Positions 50,708-61,241 of a stretch of 64,000 nt of DNA are shown here, in pieces. Positions within the stretch are counted from its first letter, which is position 1; every line of letters starts with the position of its first letter. Below the pieces are notes generated by a model that was not told the origin of the DNA, ran no database searches, and worked only from the letters and a program-made list of their open reading frames with translations. The position numbers were made by a program, and so were the translations under genes. Origin of the DNA: Nannocystis bainbridge (GTDB taxonomy: Bacteria; Myxococcota_A; Polyangia; Nannocystales; Nannocystaceae); the NCBI RefSeq assembly GCF_028368995.1, contig NZ_JAQNDL010000001.1, forward strand, positions 4,472,531 to 4,536,530. The letters run 5' to 3'.

Positions 50708-51218
50708 TCAGTCGCTGAGCTTGCGCTGCTCCTCGTTGGGGCACCAGCCGCCCTTGATCCCGCGAGCCCTGGGGCAAAGGCCGTAGAGCTCGAGCCGATG
50801 GCGGACCAGGCTGAACCCGAAGCTGCGGGCGACCCGCTCCTGCTCGTGTTCGATGTCGTCGTTCTGGAACTCGAGCACGTGCTGGCACTCGATGCAGATC
50901 AGGTGGTCGTGGTGCTCGGTGTCACCGGCGGTCTCGTACATCGTCTGGCCGTCGCCGAAGCGCCGCTGGGCCGCGAGGCCGCACTCGGCGAGCAGCTTGA
51001 GCGTGCGGTAGACGGTCGCGTAGCCGATGCGCGGGTTCTCGGCGCGGCTGAGGTTGAGCAGCTCCTCGATGCTGATGTGGCCGTGGGCGGCGAAGAATTT
51101 CTGCGCGATGAGGTCGCGTTGACGGGTCGACTTGAGCTGCTTCTTGCTGAGATAGGCGTGGAACTGCCCCATCAAGCTCTCGAGGTCGGGCAGCCCAGGA
51201 ATGCCGACGGTCGTGCAT
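50708..51218 (-). CDS. fur: Fur-family regulator (1-nt indel near the 5' end in this copy)
   Basis: LKSTRQR, HISIEEL, IGYATVYRTLKLL, HHDHLICIEC, LYGLC. The inverted copy 52361..52870 is in frame from MHDRRHS. Confidence 0.88.
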
Positions 51219-51299
51219 CGGCAGGAAACCTATCGCGGCAAAAGCCGCCGCGGCAAGCGTTGCGAGGCTGGATCTCCGGCCCGTATACTCCGCGGCCGC

Positions 51300-51635
51300 A
51301 TGGCGTCCCCGGGCAAACCGAACCCATCACAAGCGCCCCGCAGCCGGGAAACCCGCCGACCCCCGCGGCGGAGCCGGCGCGCGACGGCCCCGCCATCGAT
51401 CAGGTGCTCGCCAGCCTCGAACGCGTGGTCGCCGAGCTCGAGGCCGGGGACCTCCCGCTCGAGGACGGCGCTCCAGCGCTTCGAAGACGGCGTGCGACTC
51501 GCGCGGCGCGGCACGTCGCTGCTCGACGCGGTCGAGCAGCGGGTCGAGGTCCTGCTCGAGGGCCGCGACGAGGCGGTGCCGTTCCCGGGGGCCGGCGAAG
51601 CGGAAGAGAGTGACGACGATGACGAAAACTTTTGA
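51300..51635 (+). CDS. xseB: Exodeoxyribonuclease VII small subunit (indels in this copy)
   Basis: LERVVAELEAGDLPLE..LQRFEDGVRL..L..VEQRVEVL. Extra G at about 51463 relative to the intact inverted copy. Confidence 0.85.
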   Translation: MASPGKPNPSQAPRSRETRRPPRRSRRATAPPSIRCSPASNAWSPSSRPGTSRSRTALQRFEDGVRLARRGTSLLDAVEQRVEVLLEGRDEAVPFPGAGEAEESDDDDENF

Positions 51636-51805
51636 GCTCAACGCCTACCTCGGCGAGCGCCGCAAGCTGGTCGACGAGGCCATCGTGCGCGCGCTGCCCG
51701 ATGGCGGCGCCGGCGACCCCGGCCGCCTCAAGGAGGGCATGCGCTACGCGGTGCTGCAGGGCGGCAAGCGCATGCGACCGCTGGTGATCATCGCCGCCTG
51801 CGACC
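51619..51805 (+). pseudogene. ispA: Polyprenyl synthetase (IspA-like), 5' fragment truncated by the fold-back junction
   Basis: MRYAVLQGGKRMRP motif, located after xseB; the sequence turns into the inverted copy right after. Confidence 0.82.
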
Positions 51806-51948
51806 GCTGTGTGATCGCATCGCCGCCTGCAGCACCGCGTAGCGCATGCCCTCCTTGAGGCGGCCGGGGTCGCCGGCGCGCCATCGGGCAGCGCGCGCAC
51901 GATGGCCTCGTCGACAGCTTGCGGCGCTCGCCGAGGTAGGCGTTGAGC

Positions 51949-52281
51949 TCAAAAGTTTTCGTCATCGTCGTCACTCTCTTCCGCTTCGCCGGCCCCCGGG
52001 AACGGCACCGCCTCGTCGCGGCCCTCGAGCAGGACCTCGACCCGCTGCTCGACCGCGTCGAGCAGCGACGTGCCGCGCCGCGCGAGTCGCACGCCGTCTT
52101 CGAAGCGCTGGAGCGCCGTCTCGAGCGGGAGGTCCCCGGCCTCGAGCTCGGCGACCACGCGTTCGAGGCTGGCGAGCACCTGATCGATGGCGGGGCCGTC
52201 GCGCGCCGGCTCCGCCGCGGGGTCGGCGGGTTTCCCGGCTGCGGGGCGCTTGGATGGGTTCGGTTTGCCCGGGGACGCCAT
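51949..52281 (-). CDS. xseB: XseB, inverted copy (intact frame)
   Basis: 110-aa intact reading frame within ORF 51949..52320. Confidence 0.8.
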   Translation of the reverse strand: MASPGKPNPSKRPAAGKPADPAAEPARDGPAIDQVLASLERVVAELEAGDLPLETALQRFEDGVRLARRGTSLLDAVEQRVEVLLEGRDEAVPFPGAGEAEESDDDDENF

Positions 52282-52360
52282 GCGGCCGCGGAGTATACGG
52301 GCCGGAGATCCAGCTCGCAACGCTTGCCGCGGCGGCTTTGCCGCGATAGGTTTCCTGCCG

Positions 52361-52870
52361 ATGCACGACCGTCGGCATTCTGGGCTGCCCGACCTCGAGA
52401 GCTTGATGGGGCAGTTCCACGCCTATCTCAGCAAGAAGCAGCTCAAGTCGACCCGTCAACGCGACCTCATCGCGCAGAAATTCTTCGCCGCCCACGGCCA
52501 CATCAGCATCGAGGAGCTGCTCAACCTCAGCCGCGCCGAGAACCCGCGCATCGGCTACGCGACCGTCTACCGCACGCTCAAGCTGCTCGCCGAGTGCGGC
52601 CTCGCGGCCCAGCGGCGCTTCGGCGACGGCCAGACGATGTACGAGACCGCCGGTGACACCGAGCACCACGACCACCTGATCTGCATCGAGTGCCAGCACG
52701 TGCTCGAGTTCCAGAACGACGACATCGAACACGAGCAGGAGCGGGTCGCCCGCAGCTTCGGGTTCAGCCTGGTCCGCCATCGGCTCGAGCTCTACGGCCT
52801 TTGCCCCAGGGCTCGCGGGATCAAGGGCGGCTGGTGCCCCAACGAGGAGCAGCGCAAGCTCAGCGACTGA
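52361..52870 (+). CDS. fur: Fur, inverted copy
   Basis: Identical core to 50708..51218. Confidence 0.8.
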   Translation: MHDRRHSGLPDLESLMGQFHAYLSKKQLKSTRQRDLIAQKFFAAHGHISIEELLNLSRAENPRIGYATVYRTLKLLAECGLAAQRRFGDGQTMYETAGDTEHHDHLICIECQHVLEFQNDDIEHEQERVARSFGFSLVRHRLELYGLCPRARGIKGGWCPNEEQRKLSD

Positions 52871-52895
52871 AGTACGCTGTTTGTGCTGCGTCACC

Positions 52896-53598
52896 ATGCC
52901 CGAAGCCGATCTCCAGGTCCTGCTGCAACAGATCGCCGCGCTCGCCGCCGTCGCGCTCGCCGCGGGCTGGCTGACCGCCCGCTGGCTGGTCCGCCGCAAG
53001 GGCGAGTGCGGCGGCTCGTGTGCCCGTTGCGAGGGCGCGAGCGCGTGCGAAAAGGCGGCAGGGTCGGCCCCGCACGACCACGGCACGGCTCCGGCTCGCC
53101 GAAGGGCGTGCGTTCACCCGCGCTCCGCGTCATGCAGTCGGGGCCCGGTTCGGCCGCGCACCCTGGAAATCTGCCCGGCCCCCCCGCCGTCTGACGCCGC
53201 ACCATCGGAGCCTCTCATATGCGCAAAGCCTCGCGTTCTCTCCTCCTGTTCCTTCGCCTCGCCCTGGGCGCCTGCGCCGGCGGTTACTCCGGCAAGTTCA
53301 AGGGCAACGGCACCGGCGCGCGCGTGCCGGCCTCGCAGGTCAAGACCGTCGCCTCCAGGGACGCCCTCGGCGACACCGCGTACACCCAGCTCGGCACCGC
53401 CATCGCAAGGCTCCCTCCGCGCAAGAGGCCGTCGACCTCGCCAGGGAGCACTGCGGCATGAACGGCGGCAACCTGCTGATCCTCAACACCCAGCCCTATC
53501 AGTCCGGCAGCCGCTGGATCGCCGACGCCGCCTGCGGCACCGACGGCGCCGCGCCCAAGGCCGCCAACACCTCCGGCAAGGGCAAGCCGGCCCGCTGA
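52896..53598 (+). pseudogene. Inverted, frameshifted copies of the Cys-rich membrane protein and small lipoprotein
   Basis: Translations match the first copies, then shift frame at small indels. Confidence 0.7.
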
Positions 53599-53759
53599 TC
53601 GCCCCGAGCGGCTCGCGCCCGAGCCGGCTCGCAACGCAGAGCCCCCGAGCCCGAACCGGCCCGGCGGGCGCTCTGTCTTTTACGGCATGTCCCTCGGGAC
53701 CTGTCCCGACGCGCATGCTCTCACGGACATGCCCTCACGGACATGTCCTCGCGGACCTC

Positions 53760-54891
53760 TCAAAGGTCCTGCTCGAACGAGCCCGACTGTCCGGCGCGCT
53801 CGTTGAGCAGCCGCTCGCGGCGGGCGCTCTCGTTGGCCTCGTCTTCGCGGCGCGCGTGCTCCATCAGCAGCCACGTCACCGACAGCGGCGCGAGCGACAG
53901 GTCGCCGAGCTCGCGCGGCTCGAGCGTGAAGAACTCGAAGTGTCCGCCCTCCCAGCCGAGCAGGTCGAACACGCGGTCGATCGCCGAGGCGGCGTAGCCG
54001 AGGTTCTTCACGTCGCGCAGCACGCCCTGGACCAGCCGCAGCACCGCGCTGTCTTGCCCGCTGTCGAGCCGCAGGTCGCCGGTCTTCTTCTCGGCCTCGA
54101 GGAACGACAGCACGCTGCCGAGGCGGACGTGCTGCAGGTCGCCGCGCAGCCCGCGGTTCTCCACGGCCCCGAGGCCGGTGCGGCGCGCGACCACGCCTTG
54201 CAGGCGGGCCACGATCTCGTCCGCGGACAGGTTCTTCGGCAGGAAGTCGTCGACGCCCATGCGATAGCCCTGGAGGCGCGACATGTCGTCGGACAGCGCG
54301 GTCAGGAACACGATCGGCACGTGGGCCAGCTTCTTGCGGCCGCGGGCCATCCGCAGCAGCGTCCAGCCGTCCATCGGGCATCTCGACGTCGGTGAGCAGC
54401 AGGTCCGGCTCGCTCTTGAGCGCGGCCGAGATCGCCATCAATCCGTTGTCCGCGGTGGTGACGTTGAGCCCGCGCTCGCGCAGCGCCGCAGCCATCTCCG
54501 CGCGCACGCTCGGCGAGTCGTCGACCAGCAGCACGTTGAGCGCGCGCGACGGCGGCGGCTCGGCTTGCGGGCTCGTCGAAGCGTCGAGCACCGAGTTCAC
54601 GCACAGGCCGAAGATCCGCTCCTGCTCGGCCGTGAACGCGGCCAGTTGGATCAGCGTGCCCTTGCCGCCGTCGGCTCCGAGGTCGACCGCCGTGCCGCTG
54701 AGGTACAAAATGGCGCGGTTCGGCAGGCTCAGCTTGACCCGCACCGGCTGGCCCGTCTCGAGATTACGAACGCCCGGGAGCAGCAGAAACCCGCGTCGCA
54801 GGTTGTCTGTGTACTCTACGAGGAAGTCGTCGTAGGATTCGAAGCGCACGCCGAACGTGGCGATCTTCGCAGGCTTCGGCGCGTCAGCCAT
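53760..54891 (-). pseudogene. Inverted copy of PilZ-REC-DUF4388 protein, frameshifted at about 54375
   Basis: Split into ORFs 53680..54960 and 53760..54374. Confidence 0.75.
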
Positions 54892-54982
54892 CCCGTCGCC
54901 ACATCCTACGGGTTTTCCCCGCGAGGATCCAACGACAGTCTTCACTGGCCCCCACGACACTCACTCGAGATAGTATCTGCAA

Positions 54983-56224
54983 GTGAACATTTCGCGCAGC
55001 GCACCGAGGCACGCCAGGTCGGCCATGACCGCGTCCGCGGCGCTGAGTTCGCTCGGCGCCTTTGCGCTCGTCCTGGCCTCGATGTTCGTGGTGCCGTTCG
55101 CGCTGTGGTGCAACTTTTCGCTCGCGCGGACCGCTCAGCTCGACGCCCGTGTATCGGCCCCGTGGCTGTGGATCCTCGCGTTCGTCGTCACTCTGGGCCT
55201 GCCGGTCGCCCTCTCCGTGTGGAAGTACGGCACCGACGGCCGCCGCCTGTCCGCGGCGATGATGTGGCTGCCGTTGCTGTGGAACCTCGGCGCGATCCTT
55301 CTCTGCACTCAGGTGATCCCGGGTTTGCTGGTCCAGTCGCTCCGGGCCCAGGGTGACCTCGCTGGCACACGCTTCGGTGATTCTCACAAGGTCGCGCGGA
55401 TCCTCAGTGCGGTGGGCAACGGTCTCGCAGATCGCCTCGCCCCGCCCGCCGCGCCGCGCGCCGCGGCGAGAGCGAGCGAGTCCGCGCCGACGCCCGTGAC
55501 CCTCGCGCCGGGCGCCGCGCCGAACACTGCGATCGCCGTGCCCTTCTCCGCCGCCGGCAACGCGATCCTCATGAACGTCCAGCTCGAGGGGGCCCCGCGG
55601 TCGCCTCGATCTGCCGTACCTGTTCGACACCGGCGCCTCGTTCACCACCGTGCACACCGAGACCGCCGCCAAGCTCGGGCTCAAGGTCCCGGCCGACGCG
55701 CCCACGCTGCAGTTCAACACCGCCAGCGGCCCCGCGAGAGAGCCGGATGGTCTACTTGCCGGTGCTGCGCCTCGGCGGCATCGAGCTCAACGGCCTGCTC
55801 GTCAGCGTGTGTGACGGCTGCGCCAACGACGCTCGCAGGGCTGCTCGGGCTCAACGTCATGCGCGAGTTCCTGGTCGAGATGGACTACCAGGCCGAGCGC
55901 ATGAAGCTCTTGCCGCGCGCCGCACGACGGCCGGGCCAACCGCGCCTACGACATCTACCCGGCGGTCCAGATCGAGGTCGAGGGCTCGCCGGAGATCTGG
56001 CTCGGACGGATCCGGTGGATCTTGCTGGTCAAGAACCGCAGCACCGTGGCGATCGAGAACGTGCTGCCCGAGGTCCACTTCTCCGACGGTCAGCGCATGG
56101 CGGGGCCCGCATCGCCCGCATCGAGCCTGGCGGCTCCGGTCGCTCGCTGGTCGAGGGCAAGACCGTCGCCGAGGATCACGAGAAGCTCGGCTTCACCCTC
56201 GCGCTCGCCGAGGCGTACTGGTGA
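54983..56224 (+). pseudogene. Inverted copy of the aspartic protease with several indels
   Basis: N- and C-termini match 47342..48583; the middle is scrambled by frameshifts. Confidence 0.75.
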
Positions 56225-56228
56225 TCGC

Positions 56229-56942
56229 ATGCCCGTCGAAGCCGCCCCGACCTTCGAGTGGTCCTACGTCTTCCTCGCCGTCCTGATCCCGGTCGCGATC
56301 CTCGTCTACATGCTCGGCAACTTCCGGGCGAAGCGCCTCGGCAGCGCCCGCAACCTCGAGCCTCAGGGTCGCCGCATGCCGAAGGGCGCGATCCGCAGCG
56401 ACCCGCAGTTCTCCGGCTTCGTCGGTCGCGCCCTCGAGCGTGGCCTGCTCACGCCGATCGCCGCCGCTGACGCCCAGCCGATCATGATCCGCGGCGTCAT
56501 CACCACCGCCGACGGCAACCTCGGCGGCGCCCCGGGCCGCGAGTGCGTGTGGCGCAACCGCAGCGGCGCCCCGCGTGACGCCGCCGTCGCCGCCGAGATC
56601 GTCGTCGTCAGCGACGCCACCGGCCGCCTCACGCTCGAGAACCTCGACCGCGCCGAAGTCATCGCCCCCGAGGAGAAGACCGGTCCGCGCGTGGCCGGCT
56701 CCGGCCTCTACATCGGCGACGAGATCGAGGTCATCGGCCGGTTCAAACCCGAGCGGTTCGGCAGCGACCCCGACCCGACCCGCCTCGTCTACGGCTCGAT
56801 GGGCGGCGACGGCAACCTCTACGTGCGCGTCCACAGCCGGTCGAATTTGCCCGCCGCGGCAGAAACTCCCGTGCCCGCCGCCGCCGAGGCGTTATCCTCC
56901 CCAGCCTCCCCCGCCCAGGCCCCGCAGGAGACCACCGAATGA
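56229..56942 (+). CDS. Inverted copy of 46624..47337
   Basis: Identical translation. Confidence 0.75.
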   Translation: MPVEAAPTFEWSYVFLAVLIPVAILVYMLGNFRAKRLGSARNLEPQGRRMPKGAIRSDPQFSGFVGRALERGLLTPIAAADAQPIMIRGVITTADGNLGGAPGRECVWRNRSGAPRDAAVAAEIVVVSDATGRLTLENLDRAEVIAPEEKTGPRVAGSGLYIGDEIEVIGRFKPERFGSDPDPTRLVYGSMGGDGNLYVRVHSRSNLPAAAETPVPAAAEALSSPASPAQAPQETTE

Positions 56943-57775
56943 AGCGCATCCTCGTCTGCCTCGCCGCGTTCAGCCTGACCGCGGCTTGCAAGAAGTCCGC
57001 GGACACCGACAAGCCGTCCGACGACAAGCCCGCCACCACCGACGCCGACAAGCCGGCGCCCGTCACCACCGAGCCCGACCCGCCCGCGATCGCCGAGGCC
57101 CGCGCCAAGTACATCGCCGGCCAGTACGGCCAGGTCATCGAGACCATGAAGCCGCTCGTCGACGACCTCAAGTCGAAGGAGAAGGCCCGCGCCTCCGGCC
57201 TCGGCGCTGCATGGTTGTCGCTCGCGCTCGCCGAAGACGTCGTCGAGAACGCCAAGGAGCCCGCCGACCACGCCCAGGCGATGGCCGAGCAGACCGGCGA
57301 CCCCGAGGTGAAGATCGCCGCCAAGCTGGCTCAGGGCGCTTACAAGCTCAAGACCGAGGACTTCGCCGGCGCCGCCGCCGACTTCGAGGAGGCTTACAAC
57401 CTCCAGAAGGACGGCCCCAACGCCGGCCTCGCCCTCGTCATGTACGGCAACACCAAGATCAACCTCGCCTTCGGCGGCGAGGACAACGCGATCGTCAACC
57501 CCGGCGAGCTCGACTCGGCCGCCTCGACCTTCGTCAAGGCCCAGCGCCTGGTCGAGAAGCAGCCGGGCAACGAGCTCCTCGGCGCCCGCGCGCTCGAGGG
57601 CCAGGCCGCCGTCGTCCGCTACAAGGACAAGAAGAACACCCCCGAGGCGTGCCGCCTGATCGCCGAGGCCGCCAAGATCTACACCACCAAGGGCGCCGGC
57701 CAGCCCTTGATCGACGCGGCCAACGCGCTCCAGGACGAGGCCAACTGCGGCCCCGCCCCGGCCGCCGCGAAATGA
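56939..57775 (+). CDS. Inverted copy of the TPR-like lipoprotein
   Basis: Identical translation. Confidence 0.78.
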   Translation: MKRILVCLAAFSLTAACKKSADTDKPSDDKPATTDADKPAPVTTEPDPPAIAEARAKYIAGQYGQVIETMKPLVDDLKSKEKARASGLGAAWLSLALAEDVVENAKEPADHAQAMAEQTGDPEVKIAAKLAQGAYKLKTEDFAGAAADFEEAYNLQKDGPNAGLALVMYGNTKINLAFGGEDNAIVNPGELDSAASTFVKAQRLVEKQPGNELLGARALEGQAAVVRYKDKKNTPEACRLIAEAAKIYTTKGAGQPLIDAANALQDEANCGPAPAAAK

Positions 57776-57977
57776 GCCCGACGGCAGCGGTGCCTCACCG
57801 CTGCCCATCACGACCGCCGCCGCGCCGCCTCATCCGCGGCGCATGGCGCCGGGCCTGGACGGGCGCCGGGCCCTGCGCTCCGCGCCTGCGTCGTCGCTGC
57901 TTGCCGCTGCAAAGTCACCAGCGCTCGTGAGCGCGGGGCTTCTCGCCGCGTCGCGCATCTGCGACAACCTTTCGGCC

Positions 57978-59618
57978 ATGGAGCCCGCAGCGGGTCAAGA
58001 TCCGTACCTCAATCACTGGGCCGACGCGGCCGCCGCCAAGACTCTTGCCGCGCACGCGGACGCCAAGGTCGTCACCGTCGCCGCCGGCATCACGCCTTCG
58101 GGCGTCGTCCACGTCGGCAACTTCCGCGAGGTCATCACCGTCGACCTCGTCGCTCGGGCCCTGCGCGACCGCGGCGCCGACGTCCGCTTCATCTACTCGT
58201 GGGACGACTTCGACGTCCTGCGCAAGGTCCCGGCCGACATGCCGCAGCGCGACATGTTGAACGACAACCTGCGCCGCAGCATCAGCGCCGTGCCCGACCC
58301 CTACGGTGAGCACGACAGCTACGCCGGGCACAACATCGCCGCCTTCGAGAAGAGCCTCGCCCCGCTCGGCATCCAGCCCGAGTTCATCCGTCAGTCGCAG
58401 CGCTACCGCGCCGGCGCCTACGCCGAGGGCATCCGCCTCGCCCTCAAGCACGCCGCCGACATCCGCGCCGTCCTCAACAGCGTGCGCGACAAGACCACCG
58501 CCAACACCCGCCTCGAGGACGGCTGGCTGCCGCTGTCCGGCTTCTGCGACAACTGCGGCCGCGACACCCTCGCCTTCGCCGTCCAGGACGAGTGGACCGT
58601 TCATTACGACTGCAGCGCGTGCAAGCACGCCGCCGACGTCGACCTGCGCCAGGGCGGCAACCTCAAGCTCCCGTGGCGCATCGACTGGCCGATGCGCTGG
58701 GCCCACGAGCGCGTCTGCTTCGAGCCCGGCGGCAAGGACCACAGCACCGCCGGCGGCAGCTTCGACACCGCCAAGGACATCGTCCGCGTCGTCTACGGCT
58801 GGCAGGCCCCCGAGTACGTCGGCTACGACTTCGTGCGGATCAAGGGCCGCGCCGGCAAGATCTCGAGCAGCAAGGGCGACGTCGTCACCGTCTCCGACTG
58901 CCTCGAGATCTACGAGCCCGAGGTCCTGCGCTGGATGTTCGTCTCGTTCCGCCCCAACACCGAGTTCCAGATCAGCTTCGACCTCGACGTCATCACCCTC
59001 TACGAGAACTTCGACCGCACGCGCCGGATCGCCTACGGCGTCGAGCCGGCCAAGGACGCCCAGGCGCGCCTCGTCGCCCAGCGCACCATGCAGCTGGCCA
59101 GCGTCGACCACCGCCGGATCGGCGAGGGCGACGTCCTGCCGTTCGTGCCCGGCTTCCGCCACCTCAGCATGACGCTGCAGATCTTCGAGGGCGACCTCGA
59201 CAAGACCGTCGCCTACTACGCCGAGGCGGGCCAGATCAACGGCGACGAGTCGCGCCGCCTGACCCGCCAGCGCGCCCGCTGCGTGTGGAACTGGATCGCC
59301 GAGTGGGGCCCCGACGAGTTCCGCTACCAGCTGCGCCGCGAGCCTAAGCTGCGCGAGCTGTCCGCCGACGAGGCCACCTGCCTCGCCCGCCTGCTCGCCC
59401 CGCTGCGCGGCCGCGAAGAGATCCGCGAGGACGAGTTGGTCCCGACCATGAAGACGCTGTGCGAGGGCACCGGCCTCGACAACAAGACCTTCCTCCCGGT
59501 CGTCTACGACCTGCTCATCGGCCGCGACAAGGGCCCCAAGCTGACCACGCTGATCACCGCGATCGGACCGGCCCGCGCCCTGTCCCTGCTCGCGCCGAGC
59601 CTGCCCGCCGGGACATGA
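57978..59618 (+). CDS. lysS: Class I LysRS, inverted copy
   Basis: Identical translation to 43948..45588. Confidence 0.8.
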   Translation: MEPAAGQDPYLNHWADAAAAKTLAAHADAKVVTVAAGITPSGVVHVGNFREVITVDLVARALRDRGADVRFIYSWDDFDVLRKVPADMPQRDMLNDNLRRSISAVPDPYGEHDSYAGHNIAAFEKSLAPLGIQPEFIRQSQRYRAGAYAEGIRLALKHAADIRAVLNSVRDKTTANTRLEDGWLPLSGFCDNCGRDTLAFAVQDEWTVHYDCSACKHAADVDLRQGGNLKLPWRIDWPMRWAHERVCFEPGGKDHSTAGGSFDTAKDIVRVVYGWQAPEYVGYDFVRIKGRAGKISSSKGDVVTVSDCLEIYEPEVLRWMFVSFRPNTEFQISFDLDVITLYENFDRTRRIAYGVEPAKDAQARLVAQRTMQLASVDHRRIGEGDVLPFVPGFRHLSMTLQIFEGDLDKTVAYYAEAGQINGDESRRLTRQRARCVWNWIAEWGPDEFRYQLRREPKLRELSADEATCLARLLAPLRGREEIREDELVPTMKTLCEGTGLDNKTFLPVVYDLLIGRDKGPKLTTLITAIGPARALSLLAPSLPAGT

Positions 59619-59757
59619 CCCCAAGGGCATGGTCCTTCGGACATGCTCCGAAGGACCTGTCCTCTCGAACACGAGGGCAGCAAGCACAGCCCTGGTGCGA
59701 ACGGCCCTGCTACCGACGCCCACGCCCGGTCGCAGGAGCCTCGCAGGCGCTCATCCC

Positions 59758-61102
59758 TCACGCGGGCCACGCCGCGAGCACCGCCGCCTCGATCGCGCGC
59801 AGCCACTCCACGCAGCGCGTGGCGTCCTCCGCCCCGAGCCCGCGGACCCACGCCACGTGGTCGACGTACGGCTCCTCCGCCGCGATCGCCAGCGGGCACG
59901 CCAGCTCCGGCGCCACCAGCTCCGGCATCACCTCGCCGCGCTCCTTTAAAAAGGCTTTGAGCCGCTTCTCGCGCTCGGCCACGCAAAGCGTCAGCGTCTC
60001 GATCGCCGCCGCCAGCACCGCGCGCACGTCCTCGCGCGAGCCTGGCACCCGCGCCAGCCGCACCTGCCGGTACCACGCCAGCAGCGCGTGCAGCTGGGCG
60101 ATGTAGCGGACCTGCCGGCGCGCCCGTGGTTCGGCCGCGTCGAGTTGGTCGGGCGCGTAGGCGATGTCGACCGCGCGCGGCGGCTGCACCATCAACCTGT
60201 CCTCCGGGACATCCTTGCGCACCACCTGGCCCGCGCCCGTCACCGCGCCGAAGCCGACCTCGCGCGGCCCGACCATCCCGCCCGCGCCGCCGAGGAAGAT
60301 CCGTCGCTCGCGCAGCAGCACCCCGCGGGGCACGTCGCCGACCAGCGACGCCGTCGCCTTGTCCCCGCGCGCCCCCCACGGCGTGAAGTTGAAGTGGATG
60401 AACCCGCTGCCGACCTCGGAGGACTTCGCGCGAAGATCACTCCGAGGTCGGCAGCGGGTTCATCCACTTCAACTTCACGCCGTGGGGGCGCGCGGGGACA
60501 AGGCGACGGCGTCGCTGGTCGGCGACGTGCCCCGCGGGGTGCTGCTGCGCGAGCGACGGATCTTCCTCGGCGGCGCGGGCGGGATGGTCGGGCCGCGCGA
60601 GGTCGGCTTCGGCGCGGTGACGGGCGCGGGCCAGGTGGTGCGCAAGGATGTCCCGGAGGACAGGTTGATGGTGCAGCCGCCGCGCGCGGTCGACATCGCC
60701 TACGCGCCCGACCAACTCGACGCGGCCGAACCACGGGCGCGCCGGCAGGTCCGCTACATCGCCCAGCTGCACGCGCTGCTGGCGTGGTACCGGCAGGTGC
60801 GGCTGGCGCGGGTGCCAGGCTCGCGCGAGGACGTGCGCGCGGTGCTGGCGGCGGCGATCGAGACGCTGACGCTTTGCGTGGCCGAGCGCGAGAAGCGGCT
60901 CAAAGCCTTTTTAAAGGAGCGCGGCGAGGTGATGCCGGAGCTGGTGGCGCCGGAGCTGGCGTGCCCGCTGGCGATCGCGGCGGAGGAGCCGTACGTCGAC
61001 CACGTGGCGTGGGTCCGCGGGCTCGGGGCGGAGGACGCCACGCGCTGCGTGGAGTGGCTGCGCGCGATCGAGGCGGCGGTGCTCGCGGCGTGGCCCGCGT
61101 GA
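59758..61102. pseudogene. Two back-to-back 5'-truncated copies of the GlmU-like gene around the second junction
   Basis: The 3' part appears on the minus strand (59758-60421) and on the plus strand (60421-61102). Confidence 0.8.
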
Positions 61103-61241
61103 GGGATGAGCGCCTGCGAGGCTCCTGCGACCGGGCGTGGGCGTCGGTAGCAGGGCCGTTCGCACCAGGGCTGTGCTTGCTGCCCTCGTGTTCGAGAGGA
61201 CAGGTCCTTCGGAGCATGTCCGAAGGACCATGCCCTTGGGG

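Larger units (their letters stand above)
51820..60421 (-). repeat. About 8.6-kb inverted copy of approximately 43145-51765
   Basis: Mirror ORFs with a constant coordinate sum of 103566 (for example 43948/59618 and 45791/57775). Confidence 0.97.

Noticed and set aside
51300-56224. Programmed frameshifts or genuine pseudogenisation in xseB, fur, the regulator and the protease
   Set aside because: Each indel is absent from the other copy and the indels cluster near the fold, which fits sequencing error.
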